In this document: positions 48,247-59,601 of the stretch, piece by piece
How positions within the stretch are numbered: position 1 is the first letter of the stretch
Layout of the letters: each line of letters begins with the position of its first letter
DNA from: Felis catus
Taxonomy: Eukaryota
Length of the DNA: 64,000 nucleotides
NCBI RefSeq assembly: GCF_018350175.1
Contig: NC_058368.1
Span: forward strand, 73,844,001 to 73,908,000
Direction: 5' to 3'
Program-made: the position numbers and the translations under genes
Notes under the pieces: model-generated
Databases searched by the model: none
Told to the model about the DNA's origin: nothing
Seen by the model: the letters and a program-made list of their open reading frames with translations, nothing else

Positions 48247-51200
48247 CTGCTCCTGAGTATTCCAGTGATGGTCGTCGGTTGGTCAGCAGATGGTCAGACT
48301 TTGACAAATACCACCGATTCTGAGGAGTATGAGGACCTCATGCCTCACTCCATAGTTTGTTGAAGGATAACTCCTTTTGGACATAGACTCCCTTTTCAGT
48401 AATCAGTCACCATTGTTCATAACAGAACTTCAAATTGGGACCCAATTGAGCAAAATTGTTAATTTTCTAAGTATAGGTTTTAGAGGGTGTGCACAATGTC
48501 CAATGCATAGACTGTGCCTATGTTGACATAGCCTATCTAAAACTGATTTTTAACAAGTTGATTGTGTTGTAAATAACGTGAAAGCACTGTGAACAGGAGG
48601 CACAGTTCATGGCTTTACTCGGCTTTTTCCAGGGCTGCCTCAAAGTTCTAATTTGAGTTAATGTGAAGAGCCATTGTCAGGGGGTTGAAAATAAAGCTAT
48701 TTACATTGGTAGAGTCCCTAAAAAATATTAGCCAATTATTGCCTATTAGCCATCATATTAATTGATTAATTATCCTTTATCAGTGATTTCCTCTCTGCAA
48801 GGACCTCTGCTGGCATTCTCACTACTGTATGTATCAGCTAGCCTCATACTGACCCGAGTTATTTGGTTTAAATTTATTCTTACAGATGACCAAGAGAGCT
48901 CTTTTTTCCTAATCATCAGACAGAGAGAATCATGTCTTCCTTGAAATGTTAATGCCCGTGAGGTTCTGGTGCTGTTCAATGTGACGTGCATTTTCTCCCG
49001 TGGATATAGGCGAGTGACTTTTAAATAGTAAAATACTTCCTTACGAGATTTAAGTAGAATAATAAAAAATAAAACATCTGCTCCCTGTTTCCACTTTTGA
49101 TTTTCCCAGCAAGTTTATTGCACAGTGGATGGGAGTTTAGAAGGTTAATAACAGAAAACACAAGTAGTCTGGACAATTTGTAATGCCAGAAGAAGTAGAG
49201 GAAGAGAATATTACCAAATAGTACAAAACAGCTTTCTAAGTTAAGATCCAAATGGCTAAAACCAGGAACACGGGCACTTTATTATAAAATCGGCCATCAT
49301 TTATCCATAATGTTGATGAAGCTGACTAGTTGAGGAGGGGGTTCTTCCTCCTTTAGTAATTTTTCCTGCTCTATTTTGTATTTCCAGGAGAAAGGAAGAA
49401 GGAAAAAGATACACGTAGTTATGTTAATCTCGGAAAAATCTTTTCAATGAAATTTTAACCTCCGCCGTGTGCCAAATGCAATAAATATCTTGCTTTTGTG
49501 TTGGGTATACATATTAAAATTCCAACCTTCTTTTTAATGAGCCCTACATCTAAATTGCAGCCTTTGGATGATCACACTATTATACCAGATTAAAAAAAAA
49601 AGACAGGAAAAAAACACCACCACAAAGAATTGATGGTAATTGCACCTGGTCTGGGTTAGAAAAGGGCAATTATCATTTCTCACTGCTTCTCTTCTTCTTA
49701 TGTGAAGTTCATCTGGATGACCTTTTGCCATTTTTTGCCCAATGACATAGAGTACCCTGTTCTTGGACGGAAAGCACTCTGGCTAATCCTGCTGCTATCG
49801 AAAAACTTCAGCAGATCATGGTCTGCAGTTACAATCAGAGCCCAGTGAATGTGCGAGCAGAATACTGTTTACTCTGTAGTGAAGAGAAGCCTTTGTCTGT
49901 CCAATTTGACCCAAGCATAGGTTCAAGTATTTCTTTGCCGAAAAAGTCAAAGTAATGTATATGCTGGTGGAAACTTCATTTCAGCAATGAAAAATGATAA
50001 ATATCATTAAAAAAATAAAGTCGTTGTGCTTAGGAACCAACTATGACAAGTAGTGCACGTGATGGCTGGTAAGAGTCGATTTCAAGAGTTTCTCGACTCT
50101 GATTCAGGTGCCCCAAACCCTTCCTGCAGGAGAAGCTGGATAAGGACGTGGGCGGGGTCTGAACGAGTTCCTCTTAGAAAAGCATTCAGTTCAGGTTTTA
50201 GTTGTTGACTACCTTTCATTGTAGAGATAGACGGCCCGGTTTTGTCAAAAACGAACGATATCGGTTCCTATTATGTAAAATATGGTCATATATGCATATA
50301 GCTCAACGCCCTACTTATCTGGGTTATTCTGCCTAAACTTCTATTTTAGCCCAAATTACCTGCTTTGGGAACAAGGATGCTTTTCTCAGGGGGTAATTAC
50401 CAGTGTAATCGGAGTACCATCTGCTTGCCTTATGTTCTGTAGATGGCTCAAAGGAGCTAGTTTCAGGAGAGTCCTGGAAACAGAACATTGCGGGAGGGGG
50501 GAAATGAAGATGACTGAAAAGAAAGTAATAATTAGGAGTTTAAAGACGAAAAGCATATGGTGTCGAGCCTATAACTTAGAAACTAGTGTCCTAGACCCCT
50601 GGCCCAGCTAAGATTTCCCCGGGAGTAAGAACTGAGAGAAATCCCAGCTAGAACAGAGAGTGACCAATCAGCCCGAAGGGACTCTCCAGAGGGGCCCGCG
50701 GAGAGGAGCAGCAGATTGTATTTATTCATTTGTGACTTAGTGGTGAAGGAGTCACCGCAGGCTAGGTGGGATGGCGGAAGCATGCTTTTCATATTCTAGA
50801 CACAACTTGACAAGGAAAGCCTGAGTACCCTGGAGAATTCTCACGCAGGCATCATTCATTTATAAACACCCCCGTCCCACCCCAGGCAGGATGTCTTCCG
50901 CTAGGCTCTTAGAGCAGAGATGCTGATGTGTAAGTTGCGGTTCCTTCCCTCGGGGACTGCATGATGCTGTGGGGAAGGAGGGACAATAAGATATGTGCCT
51001 GTTCAGGCAACCGCCACCCATGGCACATAAATGGCACATTAGGGAGACGAGGTGTCCTGGGGTTTCACAGAGGTGCGAGCTAGTAGTTCCTGTCGGGGTG
51101 CCGGGGAAGCTTCACAGAGGATGCGGAATCTGGGCAGGAACTCTGCGGGCCGGAGACGATTTTGCTAAGCAGCGAAGAGCCTAATATGGAGTTAGGAGTC

Positions 51201-51798
51201 CACACAAAAACTTCAGGGACCTTAAGTAGAGTGGTTCAGGATTTTAATATTAATCTGATGAGACAATAATTATATAAATATTTTTCACGCTTTAAATACA
51301 TCAGAGATGTGATTCTGCATTCTTGGGCGATTAAGCTGCGTTTGAAAAGATGTGCACAATCAACCTTCAGTGTTTCTAGCTTTAGCATATGTTAATCCCG
51401 CAGCTGTGACCCCCAGAAATAGAATTTTCGCAGGAATCGGTTTTTTTTTTTTTTCATGTCTTTAATTTTTTAGCTTTTGGCAAACAAAAGGGGAATGGCT
51501 TGAATTGCAAAAGCCATTGATGTTGTCGGATTGTCCTCCGTTTAAAGCCAGGTTAGGGTCTTGTTTGGAGAAATCAGAGCTTCTGTTGTCACCGTGACCC
51601 CCTTACTCCACATGAGTTGGTCGGTCCCTGTGTCTTCTCAGTGTTGGTGGTTGAATCTATATAATGGGAACACGCGCATCTGTCATATCTCTGCCGTCAG
51701 GTAATAAATAACATCTTTCCGTAATTTTTGGAACTGGCAAAAAAATAACATTGGGATACAAGATATTTTTTCACAAAGGCAAGTTATACAGCTACTTT

Positions 51799-52025
51799 AA
51801 AAAAATTTGTTTTTAATGTTTAATTATTTTTTTTGAGAGAGATTGACACACACACAGAGTGTGAGCAGGGGAGGAGTAGAGAGACAGGGAGACACAGACT
51901 CTGAAGCCGGCTCCAGGCCCTGAGCTGTCAGCACAGAGCCCGACCCGGGGGTTGAACTCACAAACCGTGAGATCATGACCTGAGCCAAAGTCGGATGCTT
52001 AACTGACTGAGCCACCCAGGCCCCC
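51799..52025 (-). mobile_element. Can-SINE (SINEC_Fc-like)
   Basis: Full reverse SINE; degenerate TSD tacagctacttt / tatagccacttt. Confidence 0.96.
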
Positions 52026-53329
52026 TGCCTATAGCCACTTTTTTAAAGGTAAATGGATAGATAGAAATCGCCACCCTAAGTGTAGTAAAACTGCCTTACT
52101 TTATAGGATGTTCCTTTTAGTCTATTTTCTTCCCTCCCTCAATTTTCATGGGTTCGTACAAGTCTTAGCTCTTCCCCCTCCCCACACGGGCCTCCTGTCC
52201 CTTGTCAGCCTTCAGGTCTGCTGCAGCAGGAGCCTGGGCTCTCCACAGAAGTGACTGGATCAACTGAGGTGTGAATTATGTTTAATTAGAACCTGTCACT
52301 TAGAAGTAAGTGAAAGGGCATTTAACCTCTGTTCATTCCACCTCAGCTCCTCCGAGCCTCCCAGGGCTCCATTCTGAAGGGCGTGCCTGCTGCTCTTGGC
52401 CAGAATGGGCCATCAGTGGTCCTTTAGTGTCCGTGAACTGTCAAAGGGCACACTCACGTTGCAGAATCAATGCCACAAAATAGTCTTTAATCCCTGTCCA
52501 TCCTCTTGTGACAAAAACATCCAAGGTGTGTGTAAGAGACCAGGCCGGTGAGCTTCCTTGCCCTCCCTCCTTCACAGGGCTCCTTCTTCTCCTGGACACC
52601 TGACTGTCCTGCAGAATGGGTGGGTACATATCCTTGTCATCCTCACTGTGGTGGTGACTGAGGACGACTGTCATGAGATCTCCCAACTTTTCGGAACTCT
52701 CAACTCCAATCTTCCAGCTGATGGTAGCCATCTTCATTTGGTCATCCCTCTGACACTGCAGATTATGTCTAGGCCCAGCCATCCAGGACTTCAGTGGGAC
52801 AGGTCGATGAAGTTGGTGATTCTGTCAGGAGAATCCTGGTGAGAGGTTGCTGGGGTTGAGCTGAGAGGGTCCATGACTCACGAGTAGTCTGAGGTCAGTG
52901 GATGGCCAGTATGGAGGGTGTGAGCCTTGGAGAGATGGCTAAGCCAACTAAGTCAACCATCAGCCGGAAAGACTAGTTGCTGGGAAGTCAGAAAGAAGCA
53001 GATGAGGTGGAAATCATGTCGGGGTGCTCGTAGGGCAAAAATCACTCTAGAATTAATGGGAGTTATCTTTATCCAGATCAGGTATCTTCTGTAGATGACT
53101 TGGCATGCCTTTCTGGGTTGGGGGAAGGCACCTAAAATTTGCAGGAATACCACACAAATTTGTGCTTATGGAAACGAACTTATTATCTTCTTTCCTTTTA
53201 TCTTGTTGCCTATGAATGGCACCACGATTCTCCCTGCTTCTCCCTCAGATCCAATAGATTGTTAAGTCCTCTTAGCTCTGTCTCTGAGGTCTCTGTCACA
53301 CCCTTTGGCTTTTTCCTTCCTCTCTTGTG

Positions 53330-53990
53330 CGGTCCATTGCCATAGCCCCCTAACCAGTCTTGTCTCCAGCTGTGTTCCACTCTGCTTTTTACACGCAGCT
53401 GGCAATCTTCCCGAACCAACCTTTGATTATTTACTCACATGCTCCAAACCTTTCAGAGATTTTCCATTCCCTTTAGAATAAAGAGCAATTTCTCAGCTGG
53501 CGTGCTAGGCTGTCTTTGATCTAGTTTCAATATGTTCTAACAAATGTGTTTCTCATCACTCCCCTTCTTCGTGAGCCATCGCTGCAGGCAAATGAAGGGG
53601 GGTAATTCTCTCCATGGCCATACCTCCCATTTTCCTACCTTTGTTGGTTTGCTTCCCTCTGCCATGACATTCTCCTTTCAGTCTGCCTCTACCACTTTCA
53701 AATGGTCGAATCCTACCCACTCTGCCCCTGTTCCAATGCCATGTTCTCTGTGAAATCATCCACCATTGAAATAGGTAAGATGGAATTAATCCTTACCTCC
53801 TCTGAACTCCACGGAATTTTATTTATACTTAGTTTATGCTTTTGTTGTGGATACATTTTATAATCCCTTGTAGGACTGAAATATCATTAAGGTTAAGACT
53901 ATAGTCCATTCAGTGTCGTAGCCGCTTATCTCTTGACGCAGTACTTTGACAACAGATGATGTACAAGAATATTATTTGATTGAATTAATA
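53330..53990 (+). mobile_element. L2 3' portion
   Basis: 'ctccaaacctttcagagattttccattccctttagaataaa'; 3' end 'atattatttgattgaattaata'. Confidence 0.6.
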
Positions 53991-55069
53991 AACGATTGAC
54001 ACAAAGTATCCATTCCTACAAATATGGGTGCTAGAAACTTGGCTACTCATACTGCTATGGACAGAAGTTTTCCGTGAGTGTAACTTGGACTGGGTGGGTC
54101 CCAGGATTACGGAAGATGCAAAGAAACAAAGCTACAGGGTGTTCGAGTTAGATTTACAAGGAGCTCAAGGGGAAGCTAAATTTGTACTTCTAAATAGTTT
54201 GATTGGAGAGGAAGTTATTTACTAAAATGCCTTCTGAACAGGTAAATGACAGCATGGTGATTCACAGAGAAGATTAATGCAAGCCATAGAGTGTATTGTT
54301 TTGGAAACGTTATTTCAGAGGATTGGGTCAGCAGACATACGTTCTGCCTGTAATTCCAAAAGACTGCCCATTTGGCCATTACTATTTCCTTTCATTTTTG
54401 CTTACCCACTTATCCAGTTCACCAAGAGAGTGGTCTTCTCTGATTGTTAAACGAAGACACTGAAATTTGCTTGGAAAGAAAACAAAAGCATTCTTTTAGT
54501 AGACTTTGTAATTCGCTGTGATCTCACTGCATACAAGTCTGTTTCCTTTTCTTATTGAGACCATCGGAAGGTAGACGGCCTAATGATTCTGGAGAGGAGC
54601 AAGCAACATGATATGGGTCCTACCATATCCTTTCTCTGATTGGGAGTTTAGGAGAAAGGGAAAAAGCAAATTCTAGATGAAAACTAGGTCATTTTAATTG
54701 ATGAATCAAACAATATTTCACTTAAGTGGTAAGGCAAATGATTCCTCCAATCTTACCATATAGATGCAAAGGAAAAGGACGTCACAGATGATGCCCAAAT
54801 GGGATGCTTTGAGAAGCTGTGTTAACTCAAGTAGCACAAGTGTAATAGAAATGTGTGGAAGTTCAAGGGCATTCTTGAATGCCTGGATAGAAAGAATCTA
54901 ACTTCGAAAATGGACTAAGTTATGGACAGTTAAACAAGGCTAGTTGTGGTAAAGGAAATCGCTCTTGGTGCTTTCTTTCATGGAACCACTCCAAGGTGGA
55001 TAGACCAGCTGAAGATACTACTGGCTTTCCACTGAGTCAAAGTGGCTGAGTTTGTAAGACACAGAGGGC

Positions 55070-55190
55070 AGGACACCTGGGTGGTTGAGTTGGCTAAGCA
55101 TCCGACTCGTGATTTCAGCTCAGGTCATGATCCCAGGGTTGTAAGATCCAACCTCGAGTTGGGTTCCACACTGGGTGTGGAGCCTGTTTG

Positions 55191-55226
<36 letters not shown>

Positions 55227-55310
55227 TATCTCTCTCTGTCTCCCTCTACCTACCCCTCATTTGCATGCACATGCTCTCTCTTTCTGTCTTTCAAAAATAA
55301 ATAAATAAAT
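55070..55310 (+). mobile_element. Can-SINE (diverged, 'gatttcagctcagg' type)
   Basis: Head, (CT)n, (AAAT)n tail; TSD agacacagaggg / agacacacaggg. Confidence 0.94.
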
Positions 55311-56047
55311 AGACACACAGGGAAATACTGGAGAAGAGACACTTCTACCCCAGAGATGGGTGGTCCATGCTGAGTTGGGGATGGGAAACAGCATGGTCAG
55401 GCTTAATTAAAGATAGTAGTAGTCTAGTGGGGAAGAGCTGGAGGAGGTAGGAAGGTGATGTCTATACTGGGTTTCGTCCTCCTGAATGCTCCATGGGATG
55501 GGTTAGTCACATGAGGGATGGAGTGACTCCCCGACTTGTATGTCATCTTCTAGCATTCGATCAAAGCCTTCAGTTGAATGACTACTTAAGCTTCTGGCAT
55601 CCTTCAGTGTGTGTGGTCAACAAGGGGAAGACAGGAGAGGTGGTATTTGGAAAGGGGTAGCCCAGCTGAAGGCAGAAAAGAGGACCCAGTCACTTGAGAA
55701 TAGAAGTTTCCTCTCTAGGCAAACGTTATCCTCTGGTTGATAAGTCTGTTTACAATGCCAGCTGGAGCATTAGCTAACTTAACATGGGTGACATCATGAA
55801 CAGAGTCGAGCACACCCCAAGTTATTTGCTAAAATGCCTTCTGAACAGGTAAGTGACAGCATGGTGCTTTCTGCCTTGGGCGTGACTTGGGTCATGAGGC
55901 CTTTGCTCATGTTCAGTAGCTCAATCACAGGTGTGTACAGGCTCAGAAGATGTTTCTGTTTTATGAATTGGGGGCCAGCATAAAGGTATAACTCAGGACA
56001 GTCCTATCACATCACCTTTATTGAACGACTGGGTTGTCCTCACAAGC

Positions 56048-56160
56048 ATGTTTGTGTGCATGTGTGTGTGAGTGTGTGAGTTTAAGTGTGTATGAGTGTA
56101 TGTGTGTGTATGTGAAGGTGTGTATATTGTGTGAGTGCAGGTGTGTGTGAGTGTGTGTAC
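56048..56160 (+). repeat. Degenerate (TG)n tract
   Basis: Interrupted TG/TA repeats over ~110 bp. Confidence 0.9.
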
Positions 56161-57967
56161 TTGGGGGTTTCGGTGCTTGTTTTTATGCTTGTACAGGAGT
56201 GGAAATCTCAAAGGGAGTCATTCATTTTATGATTGTCCTTTATTGGAGGAAGGGAAGGGTATATAGATGATTCCATCTTAATAAAACTTTCTAGTTATCC
56301 GCTAATGAATTATTTCTGTTGGTGTAGATTATTTTTTCCTATAATCTGAGCTCCTGCATGAATTACTACACCGTCCTTATAAATGGGATGAGGGACAGTA
56401 ATAATGATATTAATAGTGTTTCCCCTGTGGATGATTTTAAAAGTGATATTGCGTTCAGTAAAAATTGGAGCTATTTCTCTTAATCAAAGTTTGGTGTAAG
56501 TTGTAAATATTGCAAACTATTTAGAAAGTTAAAAATAAATTATTTCAAAGGCAAAGCATTGCTGAGTTTTAGAAGTATAATATTGGAGTTTGGCTAGCTC
56601 ACCTCTGCTGAATACATTCCACTGTGGCATTACACATCATTTCCATATATCTTCATTTTATGATCTTCATTTTGAATGTTTTGATGGTTCAGAGGTGTGG
56701 TAATAGATATGAATTTTATTTTGACATGTGGAAGAAGGCATTTCGATGCGGGTGTGTGTGTGCACTGTGAAATGATTAGAAATTATTATGGGGTAGAAAA
56801 TTTGTGATTGAGTTTGAATGATTGAATCTATTTTAAAATGTGCAGAGCTGTTAGCTTTCAAAATAATTTGTGCAGTCAAAAGAAATCAAAATTCATTTCA
56901 GTTATTCATATTTTATTTTTGAAATAAGCCAGAGTTATTTTATTATTTTTTTTAAAGGAACGGCTTAACCACAACACTGATTTTCCCAAGGAGGAAGGAA
57001 TCATCTAGAAATCGTGGTGATATAGTGCTTTCTCTAAGATAAAATGACGGGGTAGTAGATGAAGACTCTGGTTGTCTTTTCATTAATAACCTGCTTCTTC
57101 TAATTTTAGCTAGTATTTGTAAATAGCTCGTGTTAACAAATGGCTAAGAGCTTTGGAGTCATGAAGAAAAAAGCAACAGGAGCTAGAGGGTAAAATGAGT
57201 AAGGGTCTGACTGATATTAAAGGTCTAGGGACTGGGGGAAGAGAAATGGCATTTGAAATGAAAAAATACAAATTTGAAAAGGTCATTTTAATTTGTTTCT
57301 TTCCTATTGCTCCCGAGTTTTCCTTTCATTTATTACGTTCCTATTTACTTATGTGTTCTCTCATATAACAATCATACGATAGAACCACAAGAGTCCTCTA
57401 TAAAACCCTACACAGAGGGCTGGATGAGTGTTTGGGGAAAGAAGAAACACTTCATCCATTTAGATCTATTTATTTAGGATATGCCCATTTGTTTTCTTGT
57501 TTGCGGATAGTATTCTAGTTTTTCGGTGACCAACATTCAAGTTGCAGAGCCAGTGAAACCAGGAATTTTGACTATTGTTTCAGGAGTGTGGAAAATAACA
57601 TGAAATTAGCAGAGACACAGGAAGAGAAAATGTCTGTAGCCTTGAGGAAGTGACACGTGAATCAATGTATTTATTTATTCATACCTTCATCGACCAACTT
57701 AGGAACAAGTGAAGCAATAACATTGAAGTCTGGCTCACCCAAGACGTCTCACTCCCTGTGTGCTTTCTGTAGAAGATGTCCCAGAGCAGTAGAGGGTAAC
57801 ACTGAGAAATGCCTCCTTTTCTACTGGCCACTGGTATGAATGCACAGCTGAGTGTCTCAAGCCATCTTTCTACCTTCCGAGGATCTCCCAGGAGTGTCTT
57901 CCCGCAGAAATTTTTTTCTAGATGTCTTGAGGTCATAAAACAGACACTTTTGTGGTCATGAAAAAGA

Positions 57968-58184
57968 TTTTTCTTAATGTTTATTTATTTTGAGAGAGAG
58001 AGAGAGAGCAGGGGGGAAGGCAGAGAGAGAGAGAGAGAGGAGAGGGGAGAGAGAGAATCCCAAGCAGGCTCCGCACTGACAGCATGGAGCCTGATGTGGG
58101 GCTTGAACTCACGAACAGTGAGATCATGACCTGAGCCTAAATTAAGAGTTGGATGCTTAACCGACTGAGCCACCCAGGCACCCC
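57968..58184 (-). mobile_element. Can-SINE
   Basis: (GA)n, reverse head ending 'cacccaggcacccc'; degenerate TSD ending aagattttt. Confidence 0.96.
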
Positions 58185-58459
58185 GGTTGTGAAGATTTTT
58201 GATGGCCATTTTGGTAATTTGAAATAGGCTTTTTCCACTTTTTTCCTAAAGCTCAGAATGTCTACCATTAAAGGTAGGTTTCTTCTTTATGATTATTGCA
58301 CATCAGTGGGTATTCTTTTGAGCTTTTTTTACCTTAGATATGTTTATACATATTATTTATTTATTACCCATGGTATTCGATGGCTTTGCAGTAGATTACA
58401 AGAGAAATACACAATGCCATCATTAGAACAAAGATATTTAATAGTATAACAAAAGCAGC

Positions 58460-58635
58460 AATAATAGCTCTACTTATTTAGCTTTAAAAAAATTTGTAGG
58501 TACTTTCCATGTATTAACTCACTAAATCTTTGCAACAACACTTGGTACAACAACACTTTATGCACTATTCATATTTTTATTTTATTTATAAAGAAACCCA
58601 GATTTAGAGAGGCTACTTACCGTGCTCAAAGTCTG
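58460..58635 (-). mobile_element. MIR fragment
   Basis: 'aataatagctctacttattta...atgtattaactcactaaatctt...gaaacccagatttagagagg'. Confidence 0.7.
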
Positions 58636-59375
58636 TAATGAAGACAGGTAAAAAAAATGGTGTTTACTGAGTAATTACTCTATGTCGGGCACTGGACAAT
58701 GCTTTCCTCAAGGAATAGTGTCTTTGCACCAAATGTAAAGTCCTAGGAAAATTAACCACCATTAAGGACAAAATTTTGGCACTAAGTTATCTGGAAAGCA
58801 AGACAAAAGCAAAGGAAAAAATGATGTTGTATCACTGTCGTTGTTTTATTGAAAAAGGCAGGATTTTTGCAAAGACATCATATCTCATTATTTCTCCGAG
58901 CCTGCCTTGTTTATAAGTTGCGTGTATAATAAGTATTAAATGAGATTCATGAGCTTCCCCAAATGCTAATTAAACTAAAGTATTAATTGAATAATTGGCC
59001 CAGAGTTGGGCTTCTTGGAGATCCAGAACTTGGATTGCCGAGATTACTTCTGGCCAGAATGGCTAACACAGCCCTTGGGAAACCAACTTTTCATCTGAAC
59101 CATGACATGAACGGGAGGGCTGAGAATCTGAGGTTAAAGCCTTTGAAGCTTATCCAAAGCACAGGTATCTGAGGTGTTGTTTGTAAGGACACTCTGTACA
59201 AGCAAAGCAATGGCACTGAAGGCTTCTCAAAACCTATGTGTTTTCTTGCGTCAGATGTCCCAAAGCAATGGGGAGACTCACTGTCTCAGGTCATCATTTC
59301 ACCTTTTGTGTATGTGTGTAGATAGCACGGAAGTTTGTAGCTTTCTCTGTAGATGCTTATGAAGGTTACTGAAGA

Positions 59376-59601
59376 GGGGCGCCTGGGTGGCTCAGTCAGT
59401 TGAGCCTCCGACTTCGGCTCAGGTCATGATCTCACGGTTCATGAGTTCGAGCTCCTTGTGGGGCTCTTTGCTGACAGCTCAGAGCCTGGAGCCTGCTTCG
59501 GATTCAGTGTCTCCCTCTCTCTCGGACCCTTCCCCTGTTCATGCCTCTGTCTGTCTCTGTCTCAAAAATAAATAAACATTAAAAAAAAATTTAAAAAAAA
59601 A
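59376..59601 (+). mobile_element. Can-SINE (SINEC_Fc-like)
   Basis: GGGGCGCCTGGGTGGCTCAG head; perfect 15-bp TSD gaaggttactgaaga (59361-59375, 59602-59616). Confidence 0.98.

Noticed and set aside
1628..59575. Recurrent ORF family 'MAQSVK.PTSAQVMISR...' (1628, 5861, 6842, 23818, 47478, 51824, 59387)
   Set aside because: Translations of Can-SINE heads, not a paralogous protein family.
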